Positions 1 through 11,879 of a DNA stretch of 64,000 nucleotides are shown here, in pieces. The notes beneath the pieces are model-generated. The model worked only from the letters and a program-made list of their open reading frames with translations, did not search any database and was not told the DNA's origin. Made by a program: the position numbers and the translations under genes. Every line of letters begins with the position of its first letter. The first letter of the stretch is position 1. The stretch comes from Cetorhinus maximus (taxonomy: Eukaryota): the NCBI RefSeq assembly GCF_964194155.1, contig NC_135888.1, positions 134,850,001-134,914,000 on the forward strand, written 5' to 3'.

Positions 1-654
1 GAATGCTAAAATTGGCAAAAGGTACGTGAGTGTCAGCAAGAGATGGGCACATAGATATATGTACAGGAGGCTACCACAAACACTCAAAAACAAAATGTGC
101 GGAGGCGCCTTAGAAAGTGATAAAATAGGATTGTCCAACCTTATCGCGTGAGGGGCCACATTTCAATTTTTTTTCATTCAACGGGCTGATGAGAACATTT
201 TTGGAAGATAAGGTTTGGCACAACATCTAACATGAATTTCAAAACAAACAAAAAAAAATCAGTCAAAGCAATACATTGGTATATTTTTAAAAGAGTAATT
301 AACAAAAATCATCATTAAAAAGCGCCAAGTTGCAGATCTAACCAATAAAACCTTTTTGCATTTTAGCTTAAGAAGCTGCCCTCGAGACAGACGAGGCCCG
401 AAGTCCTGGTCACCAGGGAAGAGATGGGGACGGGGGCGATTTAAGTTTAACTATCTTGAGATTTTAACCTTGCCTTCGGCCCTGGTGGCTTACAGTCGGT
501 GCTGCCTTCGTGCTGGCCTCGGCAGAAATCATACGAAAGTGGGCTTTGGAATGGGCTGCCTTTCAGCCTTGGTATCCTCCTCTCCTGGACTGCTTTGTGG
601 ATAGATTTTTGGGGAGGAGGGAGGAGGAGAAGGGGAAGGGTGTTTGTCTCAGTC

Positions 655-922
655 CGGCTCACTCCCAGTCTCAGGGTTGTCGGTCTCACACATTCTGACT
701 CACACAGACTCACTCAATCTCACAGACTCTCACATTCACTCACACAGACACACACTCACACATGTGCGCACACACTGTCTCTATCACACGCACACACACA
801 CACACACACATAAATACAGACTTACACTCACACAGGCTCACATAAACCCACTCATACAGACTCACTCACTCATGCAGATGCACTCACCAACACAGACTCA
901 CACACTCACACAGGCGCACTCA
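655..922. repeat. Imperfect (CA)n/(CACT)n microsatellite
   Basis: Long run of cacacagact/cactcacaca units with a pure (CA)n tract near 790-810; it explains the HT-rich ORFs 499..813 and 644..1264. Confidence 0.9.
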
Positions 923-1269
923 GCCCAGGCGTTCGGACTCTCTACAACCCAGGAGGTATTCAGGATGGCTGTTATGGTGCCAAGCCGCGCTTCCTCACTC
1001 CGCCCTGGCGGAGACACAAGCTGCCCTGGCAGGTTGGGAGAGCGGGCGATTGCTGTGGCTACGGCTGCTGTTTCTCTTGGCCCCTCTGTCCCGCTCCGTT
1101 ATCATGACCCATGTGGTCCTTTAGGGGGCCGGCGCCTGCGCGGGAGGGCGAGAGAGAGCGAGAGCGCAAGCTGTGTTAGCAAAAGGGAAGCCTCTCACCT
1201 TCGCTACACTTGCAATCACAGACTGTTCCTCTTCCACATTTATTGCTGCCAGGCTCAAAGGTGACATCA

Positions 1270-3792
1270 CTGGGTTAAGCAAATGCCTGACATAGTCCTA
1301 TTCGCGGAATCATACCCTACAGACAATTTCCCAGGCACAAACGTCACCATCCCTGGGTATGCCTTGTCGTACAGGACAGGCCCACTACTGCTGGCGTCAC
1401 AGTGGTAAACATCCAAGGAGGTATTGCCTTGGGTGTCCTCAACATTGAGTCCTTACCCCATGAAACCTCATGGCCTCAAGTCAAACATATGCAAGGACAG
1501 CGCCTGCTGATTAAAAGCTACAACCCTCGCACCCCAACTCAACTGATGAATCAGTACTCCTCCATGTTGAACACCAGTTGGAAGAAGCACTGAATGTAGC
1601 AAGGGTACAGAATATATTCTGGGTCTAGAACTTCAATGTCCATCACCAGGAGTGGCTTGGCACCACCACTACTGACCAGGCTGGCCAATTCTAAAGGACA
1701 AAGCTGCTAGACTGCGACTACGGTAGGTGGGGAGGGAACCAACAAGAAGGTAAAAGCTCATTGACCCCGTCCTCACCAAACTATCTGTCGCAGATGCATC
1801 TGTCCATCACAGTATTGGCAGCAATGAGCACCACATAGTCCTTGTGGAGATGAAGTTGCATTTTCACCTTGAGGATACCCTCTATGGTGTTGTGTGATAT
1901 TACCACCATGCTGAATGGGATATATTTCGAACAGATCCAGCAACTCAAAACTGGGCAACCATCAGATGCTTTGGGCCATCTGCGGCATCAGAATTGTATT
2001 GAACCACGATCTGCAACCCCATGATTTGGCAGATCCCCCACTATATCATTACCATGAAACCGGGGAAATCAAACCTGGTTCAATGAAGAGTGCAGGAGGG
2101 CATGCCAAGAACAACACCAGACATACGGAAAATGAGGTTTCAGCCTGCTGAACCTACAACACAGAACTATTTGTGTGGCAAACAGTGGAAGCAGCATGTG
2201 ATAGACAGAGCTAAGTGATCCCACAATAAGCAGAGCAGATGTCCTGCCATATCCAGGCGTGAATGTTGCTGGGCAATTAAACATATAACAGGAGGACGCG
2301 GGTTCATAAGTATCCCCATCCTCAATGATGGCGGGCGCTAGCACATCAGCGCAAAGGAAAGGTTGAATCAGTTGTAGACATCTTCGGACAGAGATGAAAG
2401 CCGATGACATCTCCTCCTATAGCCCCCAGCATCACAGGTGCCAGTCTTCAGTCAATTTGATTCACTCCACGTGATATAAAGGCGCTGGATACTGCAAAGA
2501 CTACGAGCCCTGACAATATCCCAACATTAATATGGAAGACTTGTGCTCTAGAACTAGCCATGCCTCGAGCCAAGCTACTCCAGTATAATTACACCACTGG
2601 CATCAATCCGGCAGTGTGAAAACTTGCCAAGTATAACCTGCCCATAAAATGCAGGATAAATTCAACCCGGCCAATCACCACCCCATCAGCAAGGTGATGG
2701 AAGGCGTCATTGACCGTGCCATCAAGTGGCACTTACTAAGCAATAATCTATCACTGATGCCCAATTTGTGTTCTGCCAGGGCCATTAAGCTCCTGACCTC
2801 ATCACAGCCTTTGGACCAAACATGGACCAAAGAGCTGAACTCAAGAGGTGAGGTCAGAGTGACTGCCCTTAATATCGATGCAGCAATTGACTGAGTGTGG
2901 CATCAGGGAGCCATAACAAAACTGAAGTCAATAGGTATCGGGGGAAAATTCTCCACTGGTTGGAGTCATACCTAGCGCAAAGGAAAATGATTGTGGTTGT
3001 TGGAGGTCAATCACCTCAGCCCCGGGATATTGTTGAAGGATTTCCTCAGGGCAGTGCCCAAGCCTAAGCATTTCAGCTGTTTCATCAGTGACCTTTCCTT
3101 CATCATACAGTCAGAAGTAGGGCTATTAGCTGATGATTGCACAATGTTCAGCACCATTTTATACATTTCAGCTACCGAAGCAGTCCCCATCCATATGCAG
3201 CATGACTTGGGCAACATTCAGGCTCGGGTGTTACCATTAACCAGAAACTGAACTGGACCAGCCATATAAACACTGTGGCTACAAAAGAAATGAAGAGGCT
3301 GTCAATTGTCTGGCTAATAATTTACCTGCTGACTGCCCAAAGCCTGTTCACAGTTTACAAGGCACAATTCAGGAGTGTGATGGAACACTTTCCACTTGCC
3401 TGGATGAGTGCACCTCCAACAACTCTCAAGAAGCTTTATCTGGTGCAGGACAAGGCAGCCTGCTTGATTGGCAATCCATCCACCAGCTTAAAAGTTCACT
3501 CCTTCCACCACCAACGCACATAAGAAACACTTTACCATCTACAAGATGCAAGGCAGAAACTCACCAAAGCTGCTTCGACAACACTTTCCAAACCCGCGAC
3601 CTCCACTACATAGAAGTACAAGAACAGCAGGTACAGGGGAACACCACCACTTGCAAGTTCCCTTCCAAGCTACAAACCCATCCTTACTTGGAACTATATT
3701 GCCATTCTTTCACTGTCGCTGTGTTAAAACCCTGGAATTCCCTTCCTAGAAACACTGTGCGTGCCCCCACAGAACATGGACTGCAGCGATTT
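1270..3792 (+). mobile_element. Decayed non-LTR retrotransposon, CR1/Jockey group ('LINE family A'), endonuclease-RT-3' region
   Basis: Broken frames give QDKFNPANHHPISKVME, VRVTALNIDAA, FISDL..IIQSEVGLLADDCTMF (RT) and YKAQFRSVMEH.PLAW; collinear with six other copies in the window. Confidence 0.85.
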
Positions 3793-4529
3793 TCAGGGGT
3801 AGGGTGCAAACCTTCAATACAGCCTGCAACTGACCTGAATCTAAAATCCACTATTTTCAGGATGCATTCAAAACTTCAGCAATTCGATTTCATTTTACAT
3901 ATGTTGTGCTCTGTTCTAATTATATTTTTAGATTATGCTCATTATGCAGCAGTGATCTATCGTGGCATACACTTTGCAACGCACGTGCATGTTTTGGATG
4001 CATGAGAAGAGGATTTTTTCTGAATTAATTTGTGAAGAATGAATTTACCACTAAGACCATATAGGAGTTTTTTTTCCCTTATTCATGATTACTTGAAAAT
4101 GACCAAGGTTTCCTCAAAAGCCACTACATATTAATTAACATTATATATAGAAAAAGATACTTGAACATGAGAGTAATCATTTTGGTGGCAATTTTTGCGC
4201 GGTTATGCAACGTGCACAGAAAGTTAATTTTCTAGGCTCATACGTTCAATTCATCTCTCGCAAGGCTATAGAGTTTACATGTTGTGAAGGCTGGAGGCGC
4301 CAACACTAGACGTTGGGATTTGGAACGAACAGAAGTGCAGTTGAATCCAAGATTGCTTCTTACCTTTCAGGTTCGGATTCAGTTCCTTCTACAAGATGCA
4401 GGAAGGAATATTATGAACTTCCCAGTGTGAACATGAACAAATGTTAAAGATGCACGATGCTTCAAGTTTATCGAAATTTTTAATGCTAATCTATTATTAT
4501 CTGGTCGGAAGAATCTGAATTGTCAATGG

Positions 4530-6370
4530 AACACACAAGTGCGCCTTTCCTAATATCTTGACCTCTTTCCTAAATTGTGGTAACAAAATTAAGATCCAGT
4601 CGGAGCCTAAACATTCTTTTCAAAACTCTGAGCATAACTTTGTTGCTTTCATATGTTATGTTTCTATTGATAAAGCCTAGTATCCCATATGCCTTGTTAA
4701 CAGTCTTTTTTCAACTTGTCCTGCTACGTTCAAAGACTTGTGCAATTACGCCACATGCATCTTTGCTTCTGCAACCCTTTCGAAGATATATAATTTGGTT
4801 TATTATGCCTCTCCTCATTCATCCGACCTATGAGCCTGGGAAATAAACTTTCCATTCACGTTGCATAATGTAAAAAAAACTTTTTTCCCCAGTATTACTG
4901 TAGGATACTGTGAAGCAGGCTTGTGTGGGCTGTGTGCATGTTGTGTCTGTGTGCATGTGGCTAATTCAATTAAACTGAAGACAGTCAGACTGCAAGGTTT
5001 AAATCATCAAAGGTTAAAAGTGTGAAGTAGTGAGGCACAAGTAAATAGGCTAGAGCTAACATTTGCATTTTTAGCTAAGTTGAGAGATTGCTTCAATATC
5101 AAAGGAAAATGGTTGCATCTTGCAGGAGTTCATAGGTAAACAACTAGTCGGGATATCTTTTTTTATTGATGCAAAAGCAAATATCTTATATTTGGAAGGG
5201 TTTGAGTTTCAAAGAGATGTGAGAATAATGGGTAAAGATGAAATAGGAAATACATATTAAAAGAAAGAGTGAAAGCTGTATGAGGTGAGTGACCATGAGA
5301 GATCTTGAAGAGTGTACTGTGAAGTAGCAGTTTCTAGCCACCCCAGATAAGTGTCTGTTGGTTCCACAAAGCAAGGTTGTGTTACAAGCCTTGGAGTTCC
5401 ATTGAGGAGTGAAAGGCAGAGAGAAACTTGTGACATACCCCACCCTCCCATCCCCCCACCCACCCAGCCCCATTGCAACAGTGGGTGTCTTGCATCCAAA
5501 ACACCCAATATTACTGGATGTTTTATAGCTTAATAATCTATAGGGATGGTTGCCTTAAAAGGGCGTTTATTAAAATATTAAAAGAGTCTTGCTAAGTAGA
5601 AATGTTTTGGGAAATGTTATAACACTAAATGTAACTGTGTAACTGTAACCTTGTGTGTTCAAGTTTTCTTTTCTTTTGTTAATAAATATTTGAATTTAAT
5701 AGTTAAAATCTCAAAAAGTGTTAATGGCATCTTTACTTCTGACTTTAGTACACATACCTTCTCGTAATGAAATACAAATTGCAAATCGTTGCGATAGCTT
5801 GACCAAGTTTCCTTTTGGGATTTTGTCAGCCTGGCAATTAACACCTGCTATATCACAACAATAGCCATGACAAAATTGCATCCAAAATGATTACTGCCAA
5901 GTTCAAATTTTTTTCTGTATTGTTAAATGAATATCAGGAATACCACACGGGTGCTTTTGAAGATACCTTTGTTACATTTCAGCCTAACAAGATGAAACAC
6001 TTCACACTTTTCTGTGTGTCTGCCCATTTTGCGTATGTGTCTATGTTCTCCTGAAGCCTGTTGCAATCCTCTTCATTCGTCACTATATTTCCAAGTTTGA
6101 AACTTTCAAATTAAATCCTGTATACCCAAGTCCTAAGGCTAGGTCTTTGAAGTATAACAAAAATAATAATTGTCCCATTATCGATACATGGGGGATATCA
6201 CTTCACACTTCTCTCTAGTCGAAAATAAAATGCTCACCACCACTACTTTCTGTCCCTTTCCAAATTACGTAATGAAGAAGTTACTGCCCCTTTCATCTTA
6301 TCCACTTCAATATTGATGATGTCTTTTATATGGTACTTTATGAAACGCCTTTGGGATGTTCATGTACACA
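4530..6370 (-). mobile_element. Decayed CR1 LINE RT/3' fragment, interrupted by a solo LTR (4909-5860)
   Basis: Minus strand reads VNKAYGILGFINR (about 4660-4700) and YMNIPKAFHKVP-like (about 6330-6370), CR1 ORF2 motifs. Confidence 0.65.
4909..5860 (+). mobile_element. Putative solo LTR (Gypsy-type)
   Basis: 952-bp insert in the CR1 fragment, TG..CA ends (tgtgaag...acaaca), flanks ATAC/ATAG (near-TSD), AATAAA at 5681, no coding capacity. Confidence 0.55.
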
Positions 6371-6589
6371 ATATTTCAGAAAAAAATATGGGAGCGTGAC
6401 AACATGGACATGAACAATTAGCGATAGTTGCTGAATTGGATAGTTGCTGTAATTGAAATTAACCCCTGGAAATGCAAAGTAACCCTCAAAAATACATTTC
6501 CTACATTTTATTTATGTCTGTTTCGAGTATTTTGATTGTACACTCATAAATATTACACTTGGCACGTTATAAATAATTTCGAAAAAGTC

Positions 6590-6770
6590 TAGCTTTAAGA
6601 ACAGATGCTGCAATTATTGGTTGGGACTCTTCGTGTCGCTGTCGACCAATAAGGAGCTGAGACGCTGCGAGAGATCGACCCCCTCTGCCAGTAAAACACA
6701 GAAGAGAATCAAAGAGACAGACGGTGCTTGCATTTCTGGTGTGCGGCCATGTTCTGAAAAGCTGCTCCCA
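6590..6770 (+). promoter_or_regulatory. Pcdh promoter 1: CSE/CGCT box (CTCF-type) with inverted CCAAT pair
   Basis: TGCAA-TTATTGGT(6614-6621)..GTGTCGCTG (CGCT 6637-6640)..ACCAATAA(6645-6652); block shared by all five genes, about 260 bp upstream of the ATG. Confidence 0.9.
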
Positions 6771-6902
6771 TTCAGCCCCGCCATATCACGATTCAAAATT
6801 AGTCTTTAGAAATATATTTAAATAATCATTTCATTAGAGCCAAATTATTATAATCAATTGAAAGACATTTCGATATTTTGGAATACATTTTAGACGAGAA
6901 CA

Positions 6903-9296
6903 ATGGCGAATTTGCCGACGATCGGGGCGTCTTTTATTTTCCTGCATTGTCTATGGCGACTCGCTTCGGGACAAGTTCGCTACTCGATTCCTGAGGAGCT
7001 GGAACATGGGGCCTTTGTTGGGAATATCGCTGAGGATTTAAGACTAAACATTTGGGAATTATCGGCTCGCAAGTTTCGGCTGGTGCCCGATGACGTAAGA
7101 CAATATATGAAGGTAAATTTGGAAAACGGGAATTTATTTGTTAATGAAAGAATCGACCGAGAACAGCTTTGTAGACAAAGCCCGACCTGTTCCCTTCATT
7201 TTCAAATAGCGCTCAATGACCCTAATGAAACGCATCGTATCGCAGTGGAGATACTCGATGTAAATGATAATTCGCCCAGCTTTGAGAATAATGAATTCTC
7301 GTTGCAGATCAGTGAGTTAATTGCATCAGGGGCGCTTTTCCCTCTTGAGAGCGCGCATGACCCGGACATGGGCACAAACACAATCAGCACTTACCAGATT
7401 AGTCCAAACGAACACTTTGGCATTAAAGTGCAGTCGATGAGAGATGGGAGTAAAAGCGCCGAGCTTTTATTAGAGAAGCCATTAGACCGTGAGCAACAGG
7501 CGACGCTTCACCTTGTACTGACTGCCATTGACGGCGGGGTTCCGCACAGGTCTGGCACAGTGCGGATTATCATTGCCGTAGTGGACGCGAATGATAACGC
7601 GCCCATATTCGATCAAGAAATCTACAGGACCCAAGTAGTAGAAAACGTTGCCCCAGGCACGTTAGTGATGAAACTTAACGCCGCTGATTTGGACGAAGGC
7701 TCCAACGCTGACCTAACATATTCTTTCACTAATCATGTTTCCAAAATAAATCGCGAATTGTTCACATTGCACCCGGAAACTGGAGAGATCAGAGTTCAAG
7801 GAAGAGTGGATTTTGAAGAATCGCGTGTTTGCGATCTTGATGTGCAAGCTGTGGACAATGCTCCGCCCGGGCTTTCAGGGCGTTGCAAAGTTGTAGTTGA
7901 TATAATTGACATTAACGATAATGCCCCTGAATTAGCCGTGAATTTGGTGTCCAGCACAGTGCGGGAAGACGCTCCTCCGGGGACTGTGATAGCGCTGATG
8001 AGCGTAACGGATCTAGATTCCGGTGAATATGGAGAAGTTCGGTGTCAGGTTCCAGGGAATATCCCATTTAAGCTCGAAAACCCTTTAAGAAACAGCTATA
8101 AATTGATTACCAGTGATATTCTCGATCGTGAAATGGCCTCAGTGTACAACATCTCCATTTCCGCCTGGGACGGAGGGTCTCCGTCTCTTTCAACAAGTAA
8201 AAACATTATAATTTCGATAACTGACGTAAATGACAACGCACCAAGGTTTACGCAGTCCTTATATAATGTGTACCTGATGGAGAACAACACTCCAGGTGCT
8301 TCTATATTTGCTGTTACCGCTTTGGATGTTGATCTGGATCGGAATGGGGAGGTTACCTATTCTATTCTGGAAAATCCGATGCAAGAACTGCCTGCGTCTG
8401 TTTGCGTCACGATTAACAGCGAAACTGGGAACATATACCCGCTGCGCTCCTTTGACTATGAGAAACTGAAAAATTTTCAATTTCAAGTTCAAGCCCAGGA
8501 TGCTGGATCTCCCCCATTGAGCAGCACTGCCACCGTCAGCGTCATTATTTTGGATCAAAATGACAATGCTCCTGTTATTGTTTCCCCTTTAACTTGGAAC
8601 AGCTCAGCCACAATGGAGATTGTGCCCCACTCAGTGTATCCAGGTTACTTGGTCACCAAGGTGATCGCGACTGATGCCGATTCCGGTCAGAACGCACGGC
8701 TTTCCTATCAACTGCTGGAGGCGTCTGATCCCAGTCTGTTTACTGTTGGCCTTCTCTCTGGAGAAATCAGAGCAACAGGGCGTTTAAGGGTCGAAGACAT
8801 AATAGCAGAAAGGCTGGTCATCTGTGTGAAGGACAATGGACAACCGAGCTTCTCCAGTACAGCCACAATCCGCTTTTCAATTTTGCCTAATATTACAGAA
8901 AAATCTTTGGAACGAACTGACGAACCAAGACAGTCTGCATATCTTTCGCATCTTAATCATTATTTGATCATCATTTTAGGATCAACTTCCTTTCTGTTTC
9001 TTGTAACCATCGTTTTCCTGGTCGTCCTGAAGTTTAAGCAAGACAGAAATATTGCTGGAAACTACGGCTCCACTGTTTGTTGTAAGAAACGTAGGAATTC
9101 GAATGATGCCTTCAATCAGATACCCACAGCAAACGAACCATTCAATTATCCCGGGCCTGGTCAACCTGAAGGTTATCGTTACACAGTGTGTTTATCACCG
9201 GAATCATCGAAAAGTGATTTTTTGTTTCTAAAACCCTGTAATCTTACTTTGCCTTTCAATGACCTGAGTATTCAGGAATCCAAGGCAATAAAATAA
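6903..9296 (+). CDS. Clustered protocadherin, variable-exon type (protocadherin-10/gamma-C-like), 797 aa
   Basis: Signal peptide, QVRYSIPEE..GAFVGNIA EC1 start, C-X5-C in EC1, six EC repeats (DRE/DFE/DYE, DxNDNxP), TM YLIIILGSTSFLFLVTIVFLV, tail YTVCLSPESSKSDFLFLKPC; Kozak gaacaATGG. Confidence 0.97.
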   Translation: MANLPTIGASFIFLHCLWRLASGQVRYSIPEELEHGAFVGNIAEDLRLNIWELSARKFRLVPDDVRQYMKVNLENGNLFVNERIDREQLCRQSPTCSLHFQIALNDPNETHRIAVEILDVNDNSPSFENNEFSLQISELIASGALFPLESAHDPDMGTNTISTYQISPNEHFGIKVQSMRDGSKSAELLLEKPLDREQQATLHLVLTAIDGGVPHRSGTVRIIIAVVDANDNAPIFDQEIYRTQVVENVAPGTLVMKLNAADLDEGSNADLTYSFTNHVSKINRELFTLHPETGEIRVQGRVDFEESRVCDLDVQAVDNAPPGLSGRCKVVVDIIDINDNAPELAVNLVSSTVREDAPPGTVIALMSVTDLDSGEYGEVRCQVPGNIPFKLENPLRNSYKLITSDILDREMASVYNISISAWDGGSPSLSTSKNIIISITDVNDNAPRFTQSLYNVYLMENNTPGASIFAVTALDVDLDRNGEVTYSILENPMQELPASVCVTINSETGNIYPLRSFDYEKLKNFQFQVQAQDAGSPPLSSTATVSVIILDQNDNAPVIVSPLTWNSSATMEIVPHSVYPGYLVTKVIATDADSGQNARLSYQLLEASDPSLFTVGLLSGEIRATGRLRVEDIIAERLVICVKDNGQPSFSSTATIRFSILPNITEKSLERTDEPRQSAYLSHLNHYLIIILGSTSFLFLVTIVFLVVLKFKQDRNIAGNYGSTVCCKKRRNSNDAFNQIPTANEPFNYPGPGQPEGYRYTVCLSPESSKSDFLFLKPCNLTLPFNDLSIQESKAIK

Positions 9297-9959
9297 CTAA
9301 GAAGCATTGCCATGCTGGGAATGACAGACAATTCAGTTTGGTGAAGAGCTATCGTCATGCGGTGAGGCAGTGGGTAAGATTTATTTATACCGCTAACACC
9401 ACACATTGGTAGCAAAGATCTGACAGGCTTAATTGCTTTCTCTTGGCCCTATGACCTACTTGTCTATGGGGTTGATTACACAAGTGCTTTTAGTACGTAG
9501 GCTATTAATGTTTTAGCATAAAATCTGGTTATTGTTTGTTTCAAATTCTGTTTTGGTGAAATGCACATCGCTGTGTTCCTCTGTCATTTTTCACTCTGCT
9601 GCTGGGGTGATGTTGTAAAGCGTGCACATTGGACTGATTAGTATCACAGTATAATTTCAGTTCCTGAGTGAATTCATCAGTAAGGTTTCAGAGGACTAAA
9701 ACTTATATTTCTGCTGCCAGGTTGTATTAAAATGATCGATTGTATCAATGCACGCAATGAGTACATTGACACTTCTTCAATAATAATACACGGATCAGAA
9801 AATGCTACACATTTTCCGGAAACTAATCATGCAACCATTAAATTGAATATTGGGAAAAAAAGAACTGTTTTTGCCATGCTCCAACCTTGATTGAAAACAC
9901 TAATTTGTTGGTCAAATAACCTAGGTATTTCATATTCAGTTGGTTACCCGAAGCTGTCA

Positions 9960-10400
9960 AATCTCATTGTATTTTTTCTTTTTCAAATATTTATGCAGCT
10001 CCCTTATGAAAGTTACTATCCAATCTCCTTCCAGCATTTTTTCAGTTACTGCATACCGATCGTAACAACTCACGGAAATAAAAGCTCCTCATTTCTTTGC
10101 AATTTTGCCAATTACATTAAATCTATGTCTTCTTGTTTCTTACCGTCCAGTCAGTGAATACAGGTTCTTATCATTTCCGCCATCAAAACTCTTCATAATT
10201 TTGAACACAGCTATTAAATGTCTCCTAACCTTAGCTGCTCTAAGAACAGAAAAAAAAAAAATTCTAATCTCCCCCTACATACCTAAATTCCATCATCCCT
10301 GGTGCCTTTCCAGCAAATCTGCTCTGAATGCACTCCAAAGGACTGAGAACGTTCTTAAAGTGTAATGCCGACTATTGGTCACAATACTCCAGATGAGGTG
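9960..10400 (-). mobile_element. Old CR1 3' fragment (paralogous to 46520-46935)
   Basis: Antisense CR1 3' text (..tggtcacaatactccagatgagg); same position and breakpoint as the copy after gene 4. Confidence 0.55.
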
Positions 10401-10769
10401 TAATCGAGATATCTATCTTGAATTGTTATATATGTCATACCACGTTGATATGTATTACTAGCTTTAAAATGGCATGAGATAAAAAATAACACGTGGAAAG
10501 ATATATGACGACTTATTACAGTTTTCGCTGAGAAATTGCTGAATTGTGAAATTAAATCCCAAAATAACAGCAAAAATTCCAGAATGGAATTTTAAAGTTA
10601 AAATTTGACTTATATTCATTAATATGATTAAGCGGCACTGATATCTTTGCCTACATAGCATAAAAATATCTATTAGTGTACCACTACACAGGTATATCAT
10701 TTTAATGTACATCTATATATATTACATTTGCCAGATCCAGTCATAACTTTTAATTGAGTCACTCTCACT

Positions 10770-11700
10770 AACATTCTAGTCACCACAGATACAAAACTAC
10801 TCTAATTAACGTCGCAAATGGCATGCTTGTGACTATGATCGTTGTGCCCCAACCATTCTAATTGTCCATGACCACTCTGAAGTCTTTGACATAGTGCATC
10901 AAGATAAGTTCCACCAACATCTCTCCTCTGTTGTCATATTCATTGCGGCTCCCCTCCTTTGATTCCACTCTTACCTCGCAATAGTCCAAACATCTGCAAC
11001 ACTGACTAATTTCTCTGTCGCCCTAGCGCGACAATTTTTCAACCCCAAGTATCCACCATTTCCCAACTCCCTTCCTGGCCTACACATTGTTTTTTGCTGA
11101 CATTATCCGCAAAATTGAGGTCAGATTTCACATATAATGATGTCGACAACCATACGCCCCTCTCCACCACTACTGTCGAACACCGCACTGACTCTGGGCT
11201 GCAAAACTTCTTGATGGGCATTCCATTTTGAATGAGCTGTAATTTACTCCTGTTAAATAACGAGAAGACCGAAGCCCCTGGAACAAGTTCTGGGCTCCTG
11301 CAATTGACCCCTTCTTCCTCCTTGACCACACTCGCAGGCTGAAGTAGATTTTCACCTCTCAGCATCAATTTTACCCAGAACTGAATTTCGAATTACCTGT
11401 TGCATACATTTCAAAGCTTGGCAAAATCCACCTTCACAATGTCAGCCATTATTATCTGTACCTCCTTCAATGTATTGTTTAAACTCCCGTCCATGCTTTT
11501 ATACCTCTAAACACAACTCGTTCAGTGCGTTCCTGAGATGCCTTCCTTCGTCCATGCTCTACAAATCTCTGCTCAATAAACACTTTGCAGCTCAATTCCA
11601 AAGCAAATTTTAGGAGACATTGATCCCTGGTCCCATGTTCAAATTTAGCAGTGGTTTCCCTCTTTCCTATTACTGCATCCTGCTGTACGTCTACACCTGC
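10770..11700 (+). mobile_element. Old L2 LINE RT fragment; its 3' part continues at 15560-15790
   Basis: Degenerate L2-like text (gtctttgacatagtgcatca, ttgattccactcttacc, catataatgatgtcgacaac); split by younger insertions. Confidence 0.55.
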
Positions 11701-11714
11701 TGCACCTCAGCCAT

Positions 11715-11872
11715 TTTAGATGTGCACTTGCGATGCCATGACATACAAGGCTATGGGCTTAGTGATGGAAAATGGGATGAGAATAGTTAGGTACTTGTTT
11801 GGCCAGCGCAGACTCGATGGGCCGCAGGTCCTTTTTCTATACTGTACACCTCGATCACTGTATGACTCTATG
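11715..11872 (+). mobile_element. CR1 3' end
   Basis: gactcgatgggccgcaggtcctttttctatactgta...tatgactctatga, the CR1/HER1-type tail. Confidence 0.7.
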
Positions 11873-11879
11873 AACCACA

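Noticed and set aside
128-175. Possible hAT/Charlie-like left terminus (taggattgtccaacc..ggggccaca)
   Set aside because: No matching right terminus or TSD could be located; too weak to call.
644-1264. 206-aa His/Thr-rich ORF
   Set aside because: Translation of a CA microsatellite plus GC-rich sequence; no domain signal.
7500-7570. Exonic CTCF site as in mammalian Pcdh-alpha
   Set aside because: No convincing motif by eye; needs a PWM scan.
9294-9345. Stop-codon readthrough to reach the downstream donor
   Set aside because: An in-frame TGA follows within 16 codons in gene 1, and stop-to-donor lengths are not frame-conserved across paralogs.
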